Assembly: GCA_038895475.1 (NCBI GenBank)
Contig: JAWANI010000001.1
Location: forward strand, 52,387-116,386
Source of the DNA: Candidatus Woesearchaeota archaeon
GTDB taxonomy: Archaea; Nanobdellota; Nanobdellia; Woesearchaeales; UBA9642
Direction: 5' to 3'
Length of the DNA: 64,000 bases
In this document: in pieces, positions 20,454 to 29,650 of the stretch
Numbering within the stretch: the first letter of the stretch is position 1
How the letters are laid out: every line of letters begins with the position of its first letter
The notes under the pieces: model-generated
What the model was told of the DNA's origin: nothing
The model's input: only the letters and a program-made list of their open reading frames with translations
Database searches by the model: none
Made by a program: the position numbers and the translations under genes

Positions 20454-21464
20454 ATGTTTAAATATCTTTATACTCATAATAAAAAATATTATTCTGGTGA
20501 AAATGCCAGTTATGTAGAGGGTATAAAAAAAATAGGTATAAATCCTAAAAAATTTTCGAAAAAAGAGCTGTTGTGCTTTTTTATTCAAAATCCTGGTGCT
20601 GAAGAATTTTCTCAAATATCGAAAGATTTTGGTATAGAAGAAAAATATTTTCAAAAAGTTAAGACAGAATCAAGATCTGTAAGATATTCTTTTGACCCCT
20701 TAATATTTTGTTTAACAGATTATGTGACTGAATATGGCAAAATTCAAATAGCCCATTTGCTCATGCTGATAAAAGATAATGTTTTATTATTAGTTGTATT
20801 AGAAAATTATTCATATTTCAAGAATTTGTTCGATGCTGTTGTTGAAAAAGCAAAAAAAAGAAAATTATATTCTGAAACATACATATTATATGAATTTTTG
20901 CATCATGATACAAAAGAAAATTATGATGTTATAGAAAATATTGATGATAAACTTGCATATTTGGAGAAGAAAATAATAGAGAGCAATAGTGACAGTAAAA
21001 TTTTACTTCAAGAAATACTTTCGCAAAAAAAATATCTAATAAAACTTAATAAAAGATTGTGGGCAACTTCTAAAATAATATTCACTATAAAAAAAGATTT
21101 AACTGCATTAAAGTTGTCAAATGAGGAAAAATCATTATTAGAAGATATATATGATACTTTGATGCATCAAATAGATTTAATAGAAACACAAAAGGAAACC
21201 GTTACAGATCTTTTAGAAATTTATACAACAACCTTAAATAATAGACTTGCAGAAATCAGCAATAATCTTAATGTTGTCATGAAAAAAATGACTGCTCTCA
21301 CTATAATAATAATGGTTCCAACATTAGTGGCAAGTATTTATGGAATGAATTTTGAGAACATGCCTGAACTAAAATGGCCATTGGGCTATGCTTTTGCTAT
21401 TGGTGTAATGATATTTTTAGGATTCTCAACATATTATGTTTTCCATAAGAGAGATTGGATTTGA
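20454..21464 (+). CDS. corA: CorA-family Mg2+/Co2+ transporter
   Basis: 336 aa. C-terminal two TM helices with the 'YGMNFENMPEL' (GMN) signature. Confidence 0.75.
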   Translation: MFKYLYTHNKKYYSGENASYVEGIKKIGINPKKFSKKELLCFFIQNPGAEEFSQISKDFGIEEKYFQKVKTESRSVRYSFDPLIFCLTDYVTEYGKIQIAHLLMLIKDNVLLLVVLENYSYFKNLFDAVVEKAKKRKLYSETYILYEFLHHDTKENYDVIENIDDKLAYLEKKIIESNSDSKILLQEILSQKKYLIKLNKRLWATSKIIFTIKKDLTALKLSNEEKSLLEDIYDTLMHQIDLIETQKETVTDLLEIYTTTLNNRLAEISNNLNVVMKKMTALTIIIMVPTLVASIYGMNFENMPELKWPLGYAFAIGVMIFLGFSTYYVFHKRDWI

Positions 21465-21579
21465 GATATTTAATCTTTTTTTAGAGATGAATAATAAATA
21501 AAAAATATTTATAAAATAGTAATGATTTCTTATATTAATTGTTATATTATAATTAAATAAAAAAAACAAAGGTGGTAAA

Positions 21580-21810
21580 ATGAGAATGATTGGAATAAAT
21601 GCAATGTTTATTACTATATTAGCGAGTTTTTTTCTAATAATAATGGGTTTGCTTTATTTTATGTTTACATTATGGATAGTTAAAGTAGGTGCAAGTTTCA
21701 TACTTCCTGAAATGTGGAAATCAGGAGATATACATGGCAGTTATATAGTTCTAGCAGCCGCATTGGTTAGTGCAGGTTCAATGATAGCTTCAGCAATGCA
21801 AAGGCAATAA
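21580..21810 (+). CDS. Small hypothetical membrane protein (76 aa)
   Basis: Two hydrophobic helices. Preceded by AAAGGTGG. Confidence 0.3.
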   Translation: MRMIGINAMFITILASFFLIIMGLLYFMFTLWIVKVGASFILPEMWKSGDIHGSYIVLAAALVSAGSMIASAMQRQ

Positions 21811-21823
21811 ACAATAATATTTT

Positions 21824-22465
21824 TTAATTTTTGTAAGAAATTATAATTCCATTTGACACTTTTATATTTTCATTTGTAAATTCTCCGTTTATCCAGATGT
21901 GGTCTTTTTTTGAAATCCTGTTTTGAGGCTTAAATCTTGATCTAGGATCTATATGGCTGTAGTCAAATATTACTGGTTCAAATTCGTATGTAATTATTCC
22001 TTCTTCAAGTTTTTCTGACTTTGGTTGATAATATTGTAGAATGCCTTTTATATCATACACAAATTTTTCCTCAGGTCTAAAAAATATAATTCTTTTTATT
22101 TCTTTTTCAGAATAATTTTTTAAAGATAAACCTTTAGATTTATAGTAATGTTTTGGTGCGGCTGCTCTGAAAAAATTTTTTCCATCCTTATAAAATATGA
22201 ATCCGACATTACAATTATTATATTTTTCTTTGGAAAAATTTATTGCTTTTGCATATATGTCTTTTAGTGTATTCTTATTATTTATCCCTTCTTTTACTAA
22301 GAAAAATTTGTCTACTAGCAATATTAATCCATCATCTACTTTGATATAATTTGTATCTATACCATGGGATAATTTTCTTGTCATAGGATCCACATTAGAA
22401 TAATTTCCTTCCAGTTTTGATACTATATAATCAAGCATTTCTTTTTGTTGTTTTTGGGTTATCAT
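21824..22465 (-). CDS. Hypothetical 213-aa protein
   Basis: Not low-complexity; no motif recognised. Lies upstream, on the same strand, of the Lrp-family regulator. Confidence 0.4.
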   Translation of the reverse strand: MITQKQQKEMLDYIVSKLEGNYSNVDPMTRKLSHGIDTNYIKVDDGLILLVDKFFLVKEGINNKNTLKDIYAKAINFSKEKYNNCNVGFIFYKDGKNFFRAAAPKHYYKSKGLSLKNYSEKEIKRIIFFRPEEKFVYDIKGILQYYQPKSEKLEEGIITYEFEPVIFDYSHIDPRSRFKPQNRISKKDHIWINGEFTNENIKVSNGIIISYKN

Positions 22466-22549
22466 TTTTTACCTCGTTTTTTTTAATTACAATATGCTAT
22501 ATTTTTTTAGTTCTATTATTTATAATATTAAGTATGTAATTTTGATGAA

Positions 22550-23026
22550 TTAATGTTCTGCAAACAGTAGTTCTGCATGTGTCTTGTCAGATAAAAATCC
22601 CTCTCTTTTTATATCTTCCAGTATAAATATCTCCTGTCTGTTTTCTATATCAAATCTTTCAAGCATTTCAATGAATCTTTGCAAGTCATTCATATCCCTA
22701 AATATTGCTTCAATTAAAAAGTCAAAACCATTGTTCACTTTAAACACAGAATTTATATTTTCGTTTTTAGTTAAAAAGTCTTTTAGTGAATTCTTTTGTT
22801 CTTTTGTTACTTTTATCAACATATTTACTTTTATGTCAAAACCTATTTTTTTAAAGTCTATCAGTGTAGTGTGTTTTTTTATTAGTTCCTTTTCAAATTC
22901 CTTTAATCTGTCGAATATTGTACTTACAGGTATGGCTGTTAGTCTGCTTATTTTTGTTAGGTTTTCCCTTGCGTTGTTTCTTAAGAAAGTCATTAATAAT
23001 AGGTCTTTTTTAAGGTTTAACCGCAT
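22550..23026 (-). CDS. Lrp/AsnC-family transcriptional regulator
   Basis: 158 aa. N-terminal HTH 'LTKISRLTAIPVSTIFDRLKEFEKE' and a C-terminal RAM-like ligand domain. Confidence 0.7.
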   Translation of the reverse strand: MRLNLKKDLLLMTFLRNNARENLTKISRLTAIPVSTIFDRLKEFEKELIKKHTTLIDFKKIGFDIKVNMLIKVTKEQKNSLKDFLTKNENINSVFKVNNGFDFLIEAIFRDMNDLQRFIEMLERFDIENRQEIFILEDIKREGFLSDKTHAELLFAEH

Positions 23027-23066
23027 ATTTTACACCCCCATCCATATAAATATATATAGAAAAGTA

Positions 23067-23194
23067 CTTCAGAAATTTAATAGTTTCCAGCAAAAATTAT
23101 TTGAATGCTTCAGAAATTTTTTGAAGCAAAACTCTTTCAAGGCTAAAATAAGCTTTAAAATATGTTTTTTGAAGCAAAATTTTTTGAAGCAGAA
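23067..23194. promoter_or_regulatory. Array of at least 5 TTCAGAAA / TTTGAAGCA half-sites, including a near-perfect palindrome, in the divergent intergenic region; candidate operator sites
   Basis: 'cttcagaaattt' at 23067 and 23109. Palindrome gcttcagaaa|tttttgaagc at 23107-23127. 'ttttttgaagcaaaa' at 23165 and 'ttttttgaagcagaa' at 23180. Confidence 0.4.
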
Positions 23195-23293
23195 TTATTT
23201 TTAAACCTATTTTTATAACATACAAATATTAAGAAGGATGTTAAAAAGAATTTTGTCATAACCTTTATATATTTATTAAAAAGTAAATATACT

Positions 23294-24868
23294 ATGCAGG
23301 ATTTAGAGTCAGAAATATTGAATGTTTTTAGAAAAAACCCAAAAGAATACAGCACTACTGAGCTGGCTAAAGAAATATTTAAAGAATATGCGGTTATAGA
23401 TACTTTGTTGCAAAGCAATGATAAACAAGTTATAAAAAATGCAAAGGATCAGAAATTTAAACTTCACAGAAAATTATTATACTACTTAAATAAACTTGTT
23501 GATGAAAGAATATTATCTATAACAAAAATACTTGATAAAGGTGAAAAAGTATTTTCTTTATCTATAGATGAAGGCAATATCACAATAGAAAAAGGTTATA
23601 AAAAAATAACCATAACAAAACCTGCTTCTACAACAAACCATATAGAAAATTACGAGAAACTCGGAATAATGAAAAAATTTAATGAAAAAGACAGTATAAT
23701 AAAATTAAATTCTGTAATGATAGAAGCCAATGAGAATAATGCAGAAAAAACCTATAAAATAGTAAGGGATATTTTCAGTTGTGTAAATGATTCAATAGCA
23801 ATAAACGACTTCCAAAAATTAATAAAGAGCAATTATGAAGAATATTTGTATAAACTATCACAGAATACTCTTGATCTGGATTTGACTTTGTCTTTAATCA
23901 TAAATTTCGACAATATTAACACAGAATCATTTTTAGACTTTGTAAAAAAATATGCCGTTTTGTCTCCGAAAAGAATAAATGTTATATTTAACACAAACTC
24001 AAAGGAGATACAAAGAAATTATTCAATATGGCAGTCAATTATAAAAGAGTTTTCTGAAAAGAAAATTAAAATTAATATAAAAAATAAAGAAATATATACT
24101 GCACCAATATTTATTGGAAGAGCCGGAATGTATAGTTTTGGTGAGGAAGAATATTCTGCTTATATGAAATTTGTAAAAGGAAAAACAATAGGCATATCCT
24201 GCAGTCATGCAAGCATTGCAGTTAATATGAATAAATTTTTTGAAATTTTAAAGACAGAATCCGAATTTAGAAATGCGATGATAAAAGCTTCAAAAGTTCT
24301 CTTATCAATAAATGCAATACAAAGAAGAAAAGCAAATGAATATTTTAAAAACATAAATATTTATAATGGACAGAACACCATAGATTTTTACAGGTTTAAC
24401 AGCAACTATATCCGATTATGGAATTATGATTGGCATAAAGATATAAAGGATAATGAAGAAAGGTTATCTTTATTGAAAAGCACGAAAGAAGTCGTGGATA
24501 ATTTTTGTGCTTCAGAAGAAACAATATTCAAGAGCTGCGGAATTCCTATAAGATTCAAAGTCAAGTTTAGTTCTGCTTTTAAACACTTTGACGAAAAATT
24601 TATGGGAGAAAGAGAATATAAAAAAACAACAGTAAAAGAATTGAATGATTATATAAGTGGAGAAATTAAAGATTTTATTAATGTAAGAGAAGAATTATTT
24701 GAATTGTTTGATGGTTGTGACAGGTTAAGAATTTTCAGAAGTCAGGATGTTACTGAGCAAGAACTAATAAAGGAAATAATATATGTTATGAATAATTTTA
24801 AGATACCTTTTTTTACATACGATTTTAGTCAACTTCGCGGAGTTGTGAGGTTAACAGATTTTATATAA
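23294..24868 (+). CDS. Hypothetical 524-aa protein with a possible N-terminal winged-helix-like segment
   Basis: No Walker or catalytic motif recognised. Non-repetitive. Divergent from the Lrp gene across the repeat array. Confidence 0.45.
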   Translation: MQDLESEILNVFRKNPKEYSTTELAKEIFKEYAVIDTLLQSNDKQVIKNAKDQKFKLHRKLLYYLNKLVDERILSITKILDKGEKVFSLSIDEGNITIEKGYKKITITKPASTTNHIENYEKLGIMKKFNEKDSIIKLNSVMIEANENNAEKTYKIVRDIFSCVNDSIAINDFQKLIKSNYEEYLYKLSQNTLDLDLTLSLIINFDNINTESFLDFVKKYAVLSPKRINVIFNTNSKEIQRNYSIWQSIIKEFSEKKIKINIKNKEIYTAPIFIGRAGMYSFGEEEYSAYMKFVKGKTIGISCSHASIAVNMNKFFEILKTESEFRNAMIKASKVLLSINAIQRRKANEYFKNINIYNGQNTIDFYRFNSNYIRLWNYDWHKDIKDNEERLSLLKSTKEVVDNFCASEETIFKSCGIPIRFKVKFSSAFKHFDEKFMGEREYKKTTVKELNDYISGEIKDFINVREELFELFDGCDRLRIFRSQDVTEQELIKEIIYVMNNFKIPFFTYDFSQLRGVVRLTDFI

Positions 24869-24909
24869 TTATAGTATGATTTTTTATATAAAAATATAAA
24901 TGAAATAAA

Positions 24910-25554
24910 ATGGAGATAAGGGAAAAAAACGTTTTCGAAGCATGGAAAAAATCTTTAAGATTCATAATAGATAATGGTGTTGATTTTGTAGATGGTGATG
25001 GGAGAACTTGCAGAGAGATTCTTAATTTAGTAATAATAATTAACAATCCTGAAGAAGATTATGAAAGACCCATAGATTTGATGCAGGAATTAGACTGGAT
25101 ATATCCGAGTAAAGAAGAGTTGGAAGCTATAATAATAAATAAGGAACATACTGCAAGTTATGAATACAGCTATGGTCCTAGAATATTTAATTTTAAAGGT
25201 GTTGATCAGATAAACGATTTTATTATACCTTTATTAAAAAAAGACAAAACAAGCAGAAGGGCAATAGTAATACTTTATGATCCTTCAAAAGATTCAAACA
25301 TTCTATCTAAGAATATTCCTAGCCTGATATCTATGCATTTTAAGATAAAGAATGATGCCTTAAATTTAACATGCACTATAAGAAGCAATGATTTATTTAT
25401 AGGTTGGCCCGGAAATATTTATCAGATAATTCTATTGCAGAAATATGTTGCTGAGTCTTTGGAATTAAAAACAGGTTCTTTAACCACAATTTCTTTTTCA
25501 GCACACATTTTTCAGGAACATTTTGATATTATAAATGAAATACTTAAAAAATAA
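24910..25554 (+). CDS. Thymidylate synthase (ThyA)-fold protein with Ser at the catalytic Cys position
   Basis: 214 aa. 'TSRRAIVILYDP' corresponds to ThyA 'SRRIIVSAWNP'. 'IRSNDLFIGWPGNIYQIILL' corresponds to '[20 protein letters not shown]'. The position of the nucleophile ('PCH') reads 'PSL'. Confidence 0.55.
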   Translation: MEIREKNVFEAWKKSLRFIIDNGVDFVDGDGRTCREILNLVIIINNPEEDYERPIDLMQELDWIYPSKEELEAIIINKEHTASYEYSYGPRIFNFKGVDQINDFIIPLLKKDKTSRRAIVILYDPSKDSNILSKNIPSLISMHFKIKNDALNLTCTIRSNDLFIGWPGNIYQIILLQKYVAESLELKTGSLTTISFSAHIFQEHFDIINEILKK

Positions 25555-25634
25555 GATAAAAAATAAGATGGTTTTTTATAAAAATATGTCTAAAATTCAA
25601 AAAATTTATAAATATAAAGAAAGGTTTTTATTCC

Positions 25635-25802
25635 ATGGCAATCGATGAATATGAAGAGGATATAAATGAAGACTTTGAGGATGATCCCGAGTCATTAAGG
25701 GATAATGATGAGATAGATGATGCAGAAGAAGCTTTTATGGAAGGTTATGAAGAGGATTTAGATGAAGAGGAGGAATCAGAGTTAGAAGAGGAAGAATTTT
25801 AA
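25635..25802 (+). CDS. Hyper-acidic 55-aa ORF (D/E-rich), possibly a real small protein
   Basis: MAIDEYEEDINEDFEDDPESLRDNDEIDDAEEAFMEGYEEDLDEEEESELEEEEF. Absent from the ORF track (<60 aa). Confidence 0.25.
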   Translation: MAIDEYEEDINEDFEDDPESLRDNDEIDDAEEAFMEGYEEDLDEEEESELEEEEF

Positions 25803-25842
25803 ACATATTTTATTATTTTTAGATATTTTTTAACTTAAGATT

Positions 25843-26118
25843 TTATTCTAAGCCAAAACTGTCAGCAAATTCAGTGATTAATTTATATTTATTGAGGTAA
25901 TCAAAACCTTTTTGTGTTAGCGAGTATGTTTTTGAACTGCCTTCTTTGTTCTCAATAATAAAACCTTTTTGTATTAATTCAGAGAGGTATTCTTCCATCA
26001 TTTGATGAGACAAATTAGATTTGTAAAGAATATGGGTAGGTTTAATACGATTGTTTTTATCCTGTATAGCCTTCAATATATCGTAGACTATTTGTAGTTT
26101 ATTTCTTTTTTTTGCCAT
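25843..26118 (-). CDS. Small winged-helix DNA-binding protein (91 aa)
   Basis: wHTH-like 'LSHQMMEEYLSELIQKGFIIENKEGSSKTYSLTQKG'. Confidence 0.45.
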   Translation of the reverse strand: MAKKRNKLQIVYDILKAIQDKNNRIKPTHILYKSNLSHQMMEEYLSELIQKGFIIENKEGSSKTYSLTQKGFDYLNKYKLITEFADSFGLE

Positions 26119-26776
26119 GTTTGAGTATGAGTAATAAATTTATTAAGATAAGAGCATATGATAAAAATTCAAATATGTGACCAACAACATAATATAATTC
26201 GTAATCTAGTGCAAAAAAGTATTGGAGTGTGCCTAAAAGAAGAAACATCATTGCTATTAGGACAAGGGTTGAATTAATAGTTCTGTGGCATAAATAGTTT
26301 AAAAAATAATTAAAACAAATAAACATCAATATTATTGTAGCAAGCAGATAGAAAAGCATTAATTTATTCCAACTAAAAATTATTGAAACAACAACTAATG
26401 CAATAGTTAGGAATAAAATCTGTATATTTTCAGTTCTAAATTGTATATATGCCAAGATTATAAGTCCAATAATGAAAAATAATGCATGCGCATAAGATCC
26501 AAACAGATTTAGTAAAGCGACATCCCGCAGATTAATAACACTAACAACATCATCTGCCAATTTTCCGACGACTATCAAGTTAAGCATTAATTTTGTTAAG
26601 TAAGAAAGAAATATAAAAACAAACGCAGTAGTAAAGAGCTTTGCATTATTCTTATAAGTCAGTTTATAAACTTTAAATGCATAATAACTAACTGTTAAAG
26701 TTATAATTGCAAAAATAATTTCTAGAAATATACTATACATCAAAAACCATTTTGGAATTAATATTAAGTATCCCAT
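26099..26776 (-). CDS. Hypothetical polytopic membrane protein (about 7 TM)
   Basis: 225 aa, highly hydrophobic. Overlaps the start of the downstream wHTH gene by 20 nt. Confidence 0.4.
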   Translation of the reverse strand: MGYLILIPKWFLMYSIFLEIIFAIITLTVSYYAFKVYKLTYKNNAKLFTTAFVFIFLSYLTKLMLNLIVVGKLADDVVSVINLRDVALLNLFGSYAHALFFIIGLIILAYIQFRTENIQILFLTIALVVVSIIFSWNKLMLFYLLATIILMFICFNYFLNYLCHRTINSTLVLIAMMFLLLGTLQYFFALDYELYYVVGHIFEFLSYALILINLLLILKHGKKKK

Positions 26777-26862
26777 GATGGGGTGTTATTAATATAGGTA
26801 TTTAAAATTTATGAAAATAATATCCAAACTGATATTTATAAATCGCTATTTTAAGGAACAAA

Positions 26863-28779
26863 TTAAAAATTGAAATTTATTTCCCTCTTTCTTACGTTTT
26901 TTAAAACATTTTCAAAAAATTCTTCTTCCTTAATATCAAATTTTACTTTTCCCTCTAAATTTCTAACAGCGAGAGTATTTTTCTCTATTTCCTTATCACC
27001 AATAGTTATTATTAAAGGTATTTTTTGTATTTGAGCATCCCTGACTTTTTTTGGAACAGATTCAGTTCTATCATCTATTTCTATTCTTAATTCAGGATAT
27101 TTTTCTCTAATTTTTTTACAATAGTCTATATGCCTGTCTGCTATTGGCAATAAAATTATTTGTATCGGAGAAATCCATAATGGAAATTTTCCGGAAAAGT
27201 GTTCTATTATTATCCCTAAAAATCTTTCCATTGAGCCTAGAATTGCTCTATGTATGACTACAGGGGTTTTTCTTTGCCCATTAATATCATCATAATGTAA
27301 TTCAAATTTTAAAGGCATCTGAAAATCGAGCTGTATTGTTGCAAGCTGCCATTGTCTTCCGAGAGCATCCTTAACTTTTACATCAATTTTTGGTCCATAA
27401 AATGCACCATCACCTTCATTAATTCTATAGGTCATGCCCGCATTTTCAAGTGCGTTTTTCAGTTTTAATTCTGCAAAATCCCATGTTTCTTTTTCTCCCA
27501 TAAAATTTTCTGGTCTTGTAGAAAGATTTACCTCATCAATTTTTAAGTCAAATATAGTATAAATTTTCTTTATCTTTTCCAATAACAGAATTATTTCAGA
27601 TTCTATCTGTTCTTGGGTTAAAAATATATGAGTATCATCTTGAGATAAACTTCTAACCCTAACTAATCCTGTTAGTGTTCCTGATTTTTCATTTCTATAT
27701 AATGTGGTTGTTTCAGCTATTCTAAATGGCAAATCTTTATAAGAGTAAGTTCCTTTTTTAAATATTAACATATGTGCCGGACAATTCATAGGTTTAATAC
27801 CAATATCAATATTTTCCTCTGAATGATGCATTTGAAACATATCTTCCTTATAATGTTCCCAATGTCCGGATATTCTCCATAGGTCTGCATTTAAAATATG
27901 TGGCGTTCTCACTTCATTATATCCCGGGCCATATGATTCTTCTCTTACAAATTTTAATAATTCTAAAAGCATAGTCATCCCTTTTGGTAGAAAGAAAGGC
28001 ATTCCGGGAGCGTATTCATGCATCATAAATAAGCCAAGCTCTTTACCTATTTTTCTGTGATCCCTCTTTTCCGCTTCTTCAATCATTTTTAGGTATTCTT
28101 CCAGTTCTTTTTTTTCATTAAATGCCACACCATATATTCTTTGTAGTTGCTTGTTATTGGAGTTTCCTCTCCAGTATGCACCGGCAACTTTAGTGAGCTT
28201 CCACACTTTCAGAAAAGATGTTCTTGGAACGTGAGGGCCTCTGCACAAATCAAAAAATTCTCCCTGTCTGTAAAGAGTTATTTTTTCACTATCAGTCATC
28301 TCGTTGATTAATTCTATTTTATAGGGATTTTTTTCAAAAATTTTTAGTGCCTCTTTTTTTGTTAATTCTTCTCTTTTCACTTCAAAATCTTCTTTTACAA
28401 TTTTTTTCATTTCTTCTTCTATAATATTAAGGTCTTCCGGTGTAAATGTTTTCTCAGAATCAACATCGTAATAAAAACCATTTTCCACTACTGGACCTAT
28501 GGTTAATTTTGTTTTCGGGTATAATCTTAATAGTGCGTGTGCGAGAAGATGTGCGCAAGAATGTCTTATTACTTCAAGTCCTTCCGCATCTTTTCCAGTA
28601 ATGATTTTTATTTCGGAGTCTTCATTTATCTTGTAGGATAAATCAACCAATGTGCCATTAATTTTTGCTGCAACTGCGTTTTTAGAAATTTTAGGAGATA
28701 ATTTTTCCGCAATCTCTTGGCAAATAACTCCTTCTTTGTATTGTTCTTTACTCCCATCTGGAAAGGTTATATTTATCAT
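26863..28779 (-). CDS. thrS: Threonyl-tRNA synthetase
   Basis: 638 aa. N-terminal TGS domain, editing-domain HxxxH/CxxxH ('HSCAHLLAHAL'), class II catalytic core and a C-terminal anticodon-binding domain. Confidence 0.9.
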   Translation of the reverse strand: MINITFPDGSKEQYKEGVICQEIAEKLSPKISKNAVAAKINGTLVDLSYKINEDSEIKIITGKDAEGLEVIRHSCAHLLAHALLRLYPKTKLTIGPVVENGFYYDVDSEKTFTPEDLNIIEEEMKKIVKEDFEVKREELTKKEALKIFEKNPYKIELINEMTDSEKITLYRQGEFFDLCRGPHVPRTSFLKVWKLTKVAGAYWRGNSNNKQLQRIYGVAFNEKKELEEYLKMIEEAEKRDHRKIGKELGLFMMHEYAPGMPFFLPKGMTMLLELLKFVREESYGPGYNEVRTPHILNADLWRISGHWEHYKEDMFQMHHSEENIDIGIKPMNCPAHMLIFKKGTYSYKDLPFRIAETTTLYRNEKSGTLTGLVRVRSLSQDDTHIFLTQEQIESEIILLLEKIKKIYTIFDLKIDEVNLSTRPENFMGEKETWDFAELKLKNALENAGMTYRINEGDGAFYGPKIDVKVKDALGRQWQLATIQLDFQMPLKFELHYDDINGQRKTPVVIHRAILGSMERFLGIIIEHFSGKFPLWISPIQIILLPIADRHIDYCKKIREKYPELRIEIDDRTESVPKKVRDAQIQKIPLIITIGDKEIEKNTLAVRNLEGKVKFDIKEEEFFENVLKNVRKREINFNF

Positions 28780-28820
28780 TATTAAAGAATAAACATTTAA
28801 TTTAAAAATTTAATGAGCTG

Positions 28821-29018
28821 TTATCTTTTATCAACTTTATACATGAATGTGTTTCTCTTGCCTGTGTTTTTGTACTTTATTATGTTTGTTTTTCTTAATT
28901 TTTTTAATGACATGGTAACAGACCCTATTGACACTTTTAGCTTTTCAGAAATTTCTCTTGAAGTGAACCATTTACCCTTGTTTTTGCATAAAAAATCATA
29001 GACTTCTTGTTGTCCCAT
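28821..29018 (-). CDS. Small winged-helix regulator (65 aa) immediately upstream of thrS
   Basis: 'WFTSREISEKLKVSIGSVTMSLKKLRKTNII' is a MarR/ArsR-like recognition helix. Confidence 0.45.
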   Translation of the reverse strand: MGQQEVYDFLCKNKGKWFTSREISEKLKVSIGSVTMSLKKLRKTNIIKYKNTGKRNTFMYKVDKR

Positions 29019-29374
29019 TATACATACCCCCTAAAGTCAATAAAAATAGTAATATTAATTAAATATATAAGCTTTTCCTTTTCACTAATAAGTAATTTCT
29101 TGAATTATTTCTTTAATATGTTATAAATATTAATTAGTGCACGAACTATGAATGCCATTATAAAATAATTATTCCTATTATTAAGAGAATAAAACCTAAA
29201 CCTATGGCACTCCAAGCAACAATCATATCAGTGGTTAGGTTTTTAAAATATTCTATTGTCTTATTTATAAAATTGTTTATTTTATTAGATATTTCTTTAA
29301 AGTCGATATTTATTTTTTGGTTCATCTTAAATATATATTTAAAATATATTTATACTTAAAACTTAATTATTTAA

Positions 29375-29509
29375 TTAATTATTTACACCTATTGCTTTTG
29401 TTAGAGTATAATTGCAATGAGGGCATTTCCATTCTTGAAATGTTGAATTTCCGGAATTTAACTTTATTCCTTTTTTAAGTTCTGTTTTGCATTTAGGACA
29501 AATTTCCAT
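29375..29509 (-). CDS. 44-aa Zn-ribbon protein (CPKC...CPHC), not in the ORF track
   Basis: MEICPKCKTELKKGIKLNSGNSTFQEWKCPHCNYTLTKAIGVNN. Confidence 0.3.
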   Translation of the reverse strand: MEICPKCKTELKKGIKLNSGNSTFQEWKCPHCNYTLTKAIGVNN

Positions 29510-29650
29510 AAAAAATCACCTTATAATCATAATTTTATTTATTAAAGTTTATATATTTTCTTAATTTTATATGCTTTTGCTTTAGTTGTATTTTTTTATA
29601 GTTTGTTTATATTTTTTATTTTATAAGTCATTATTTTGATTATGAATCCG

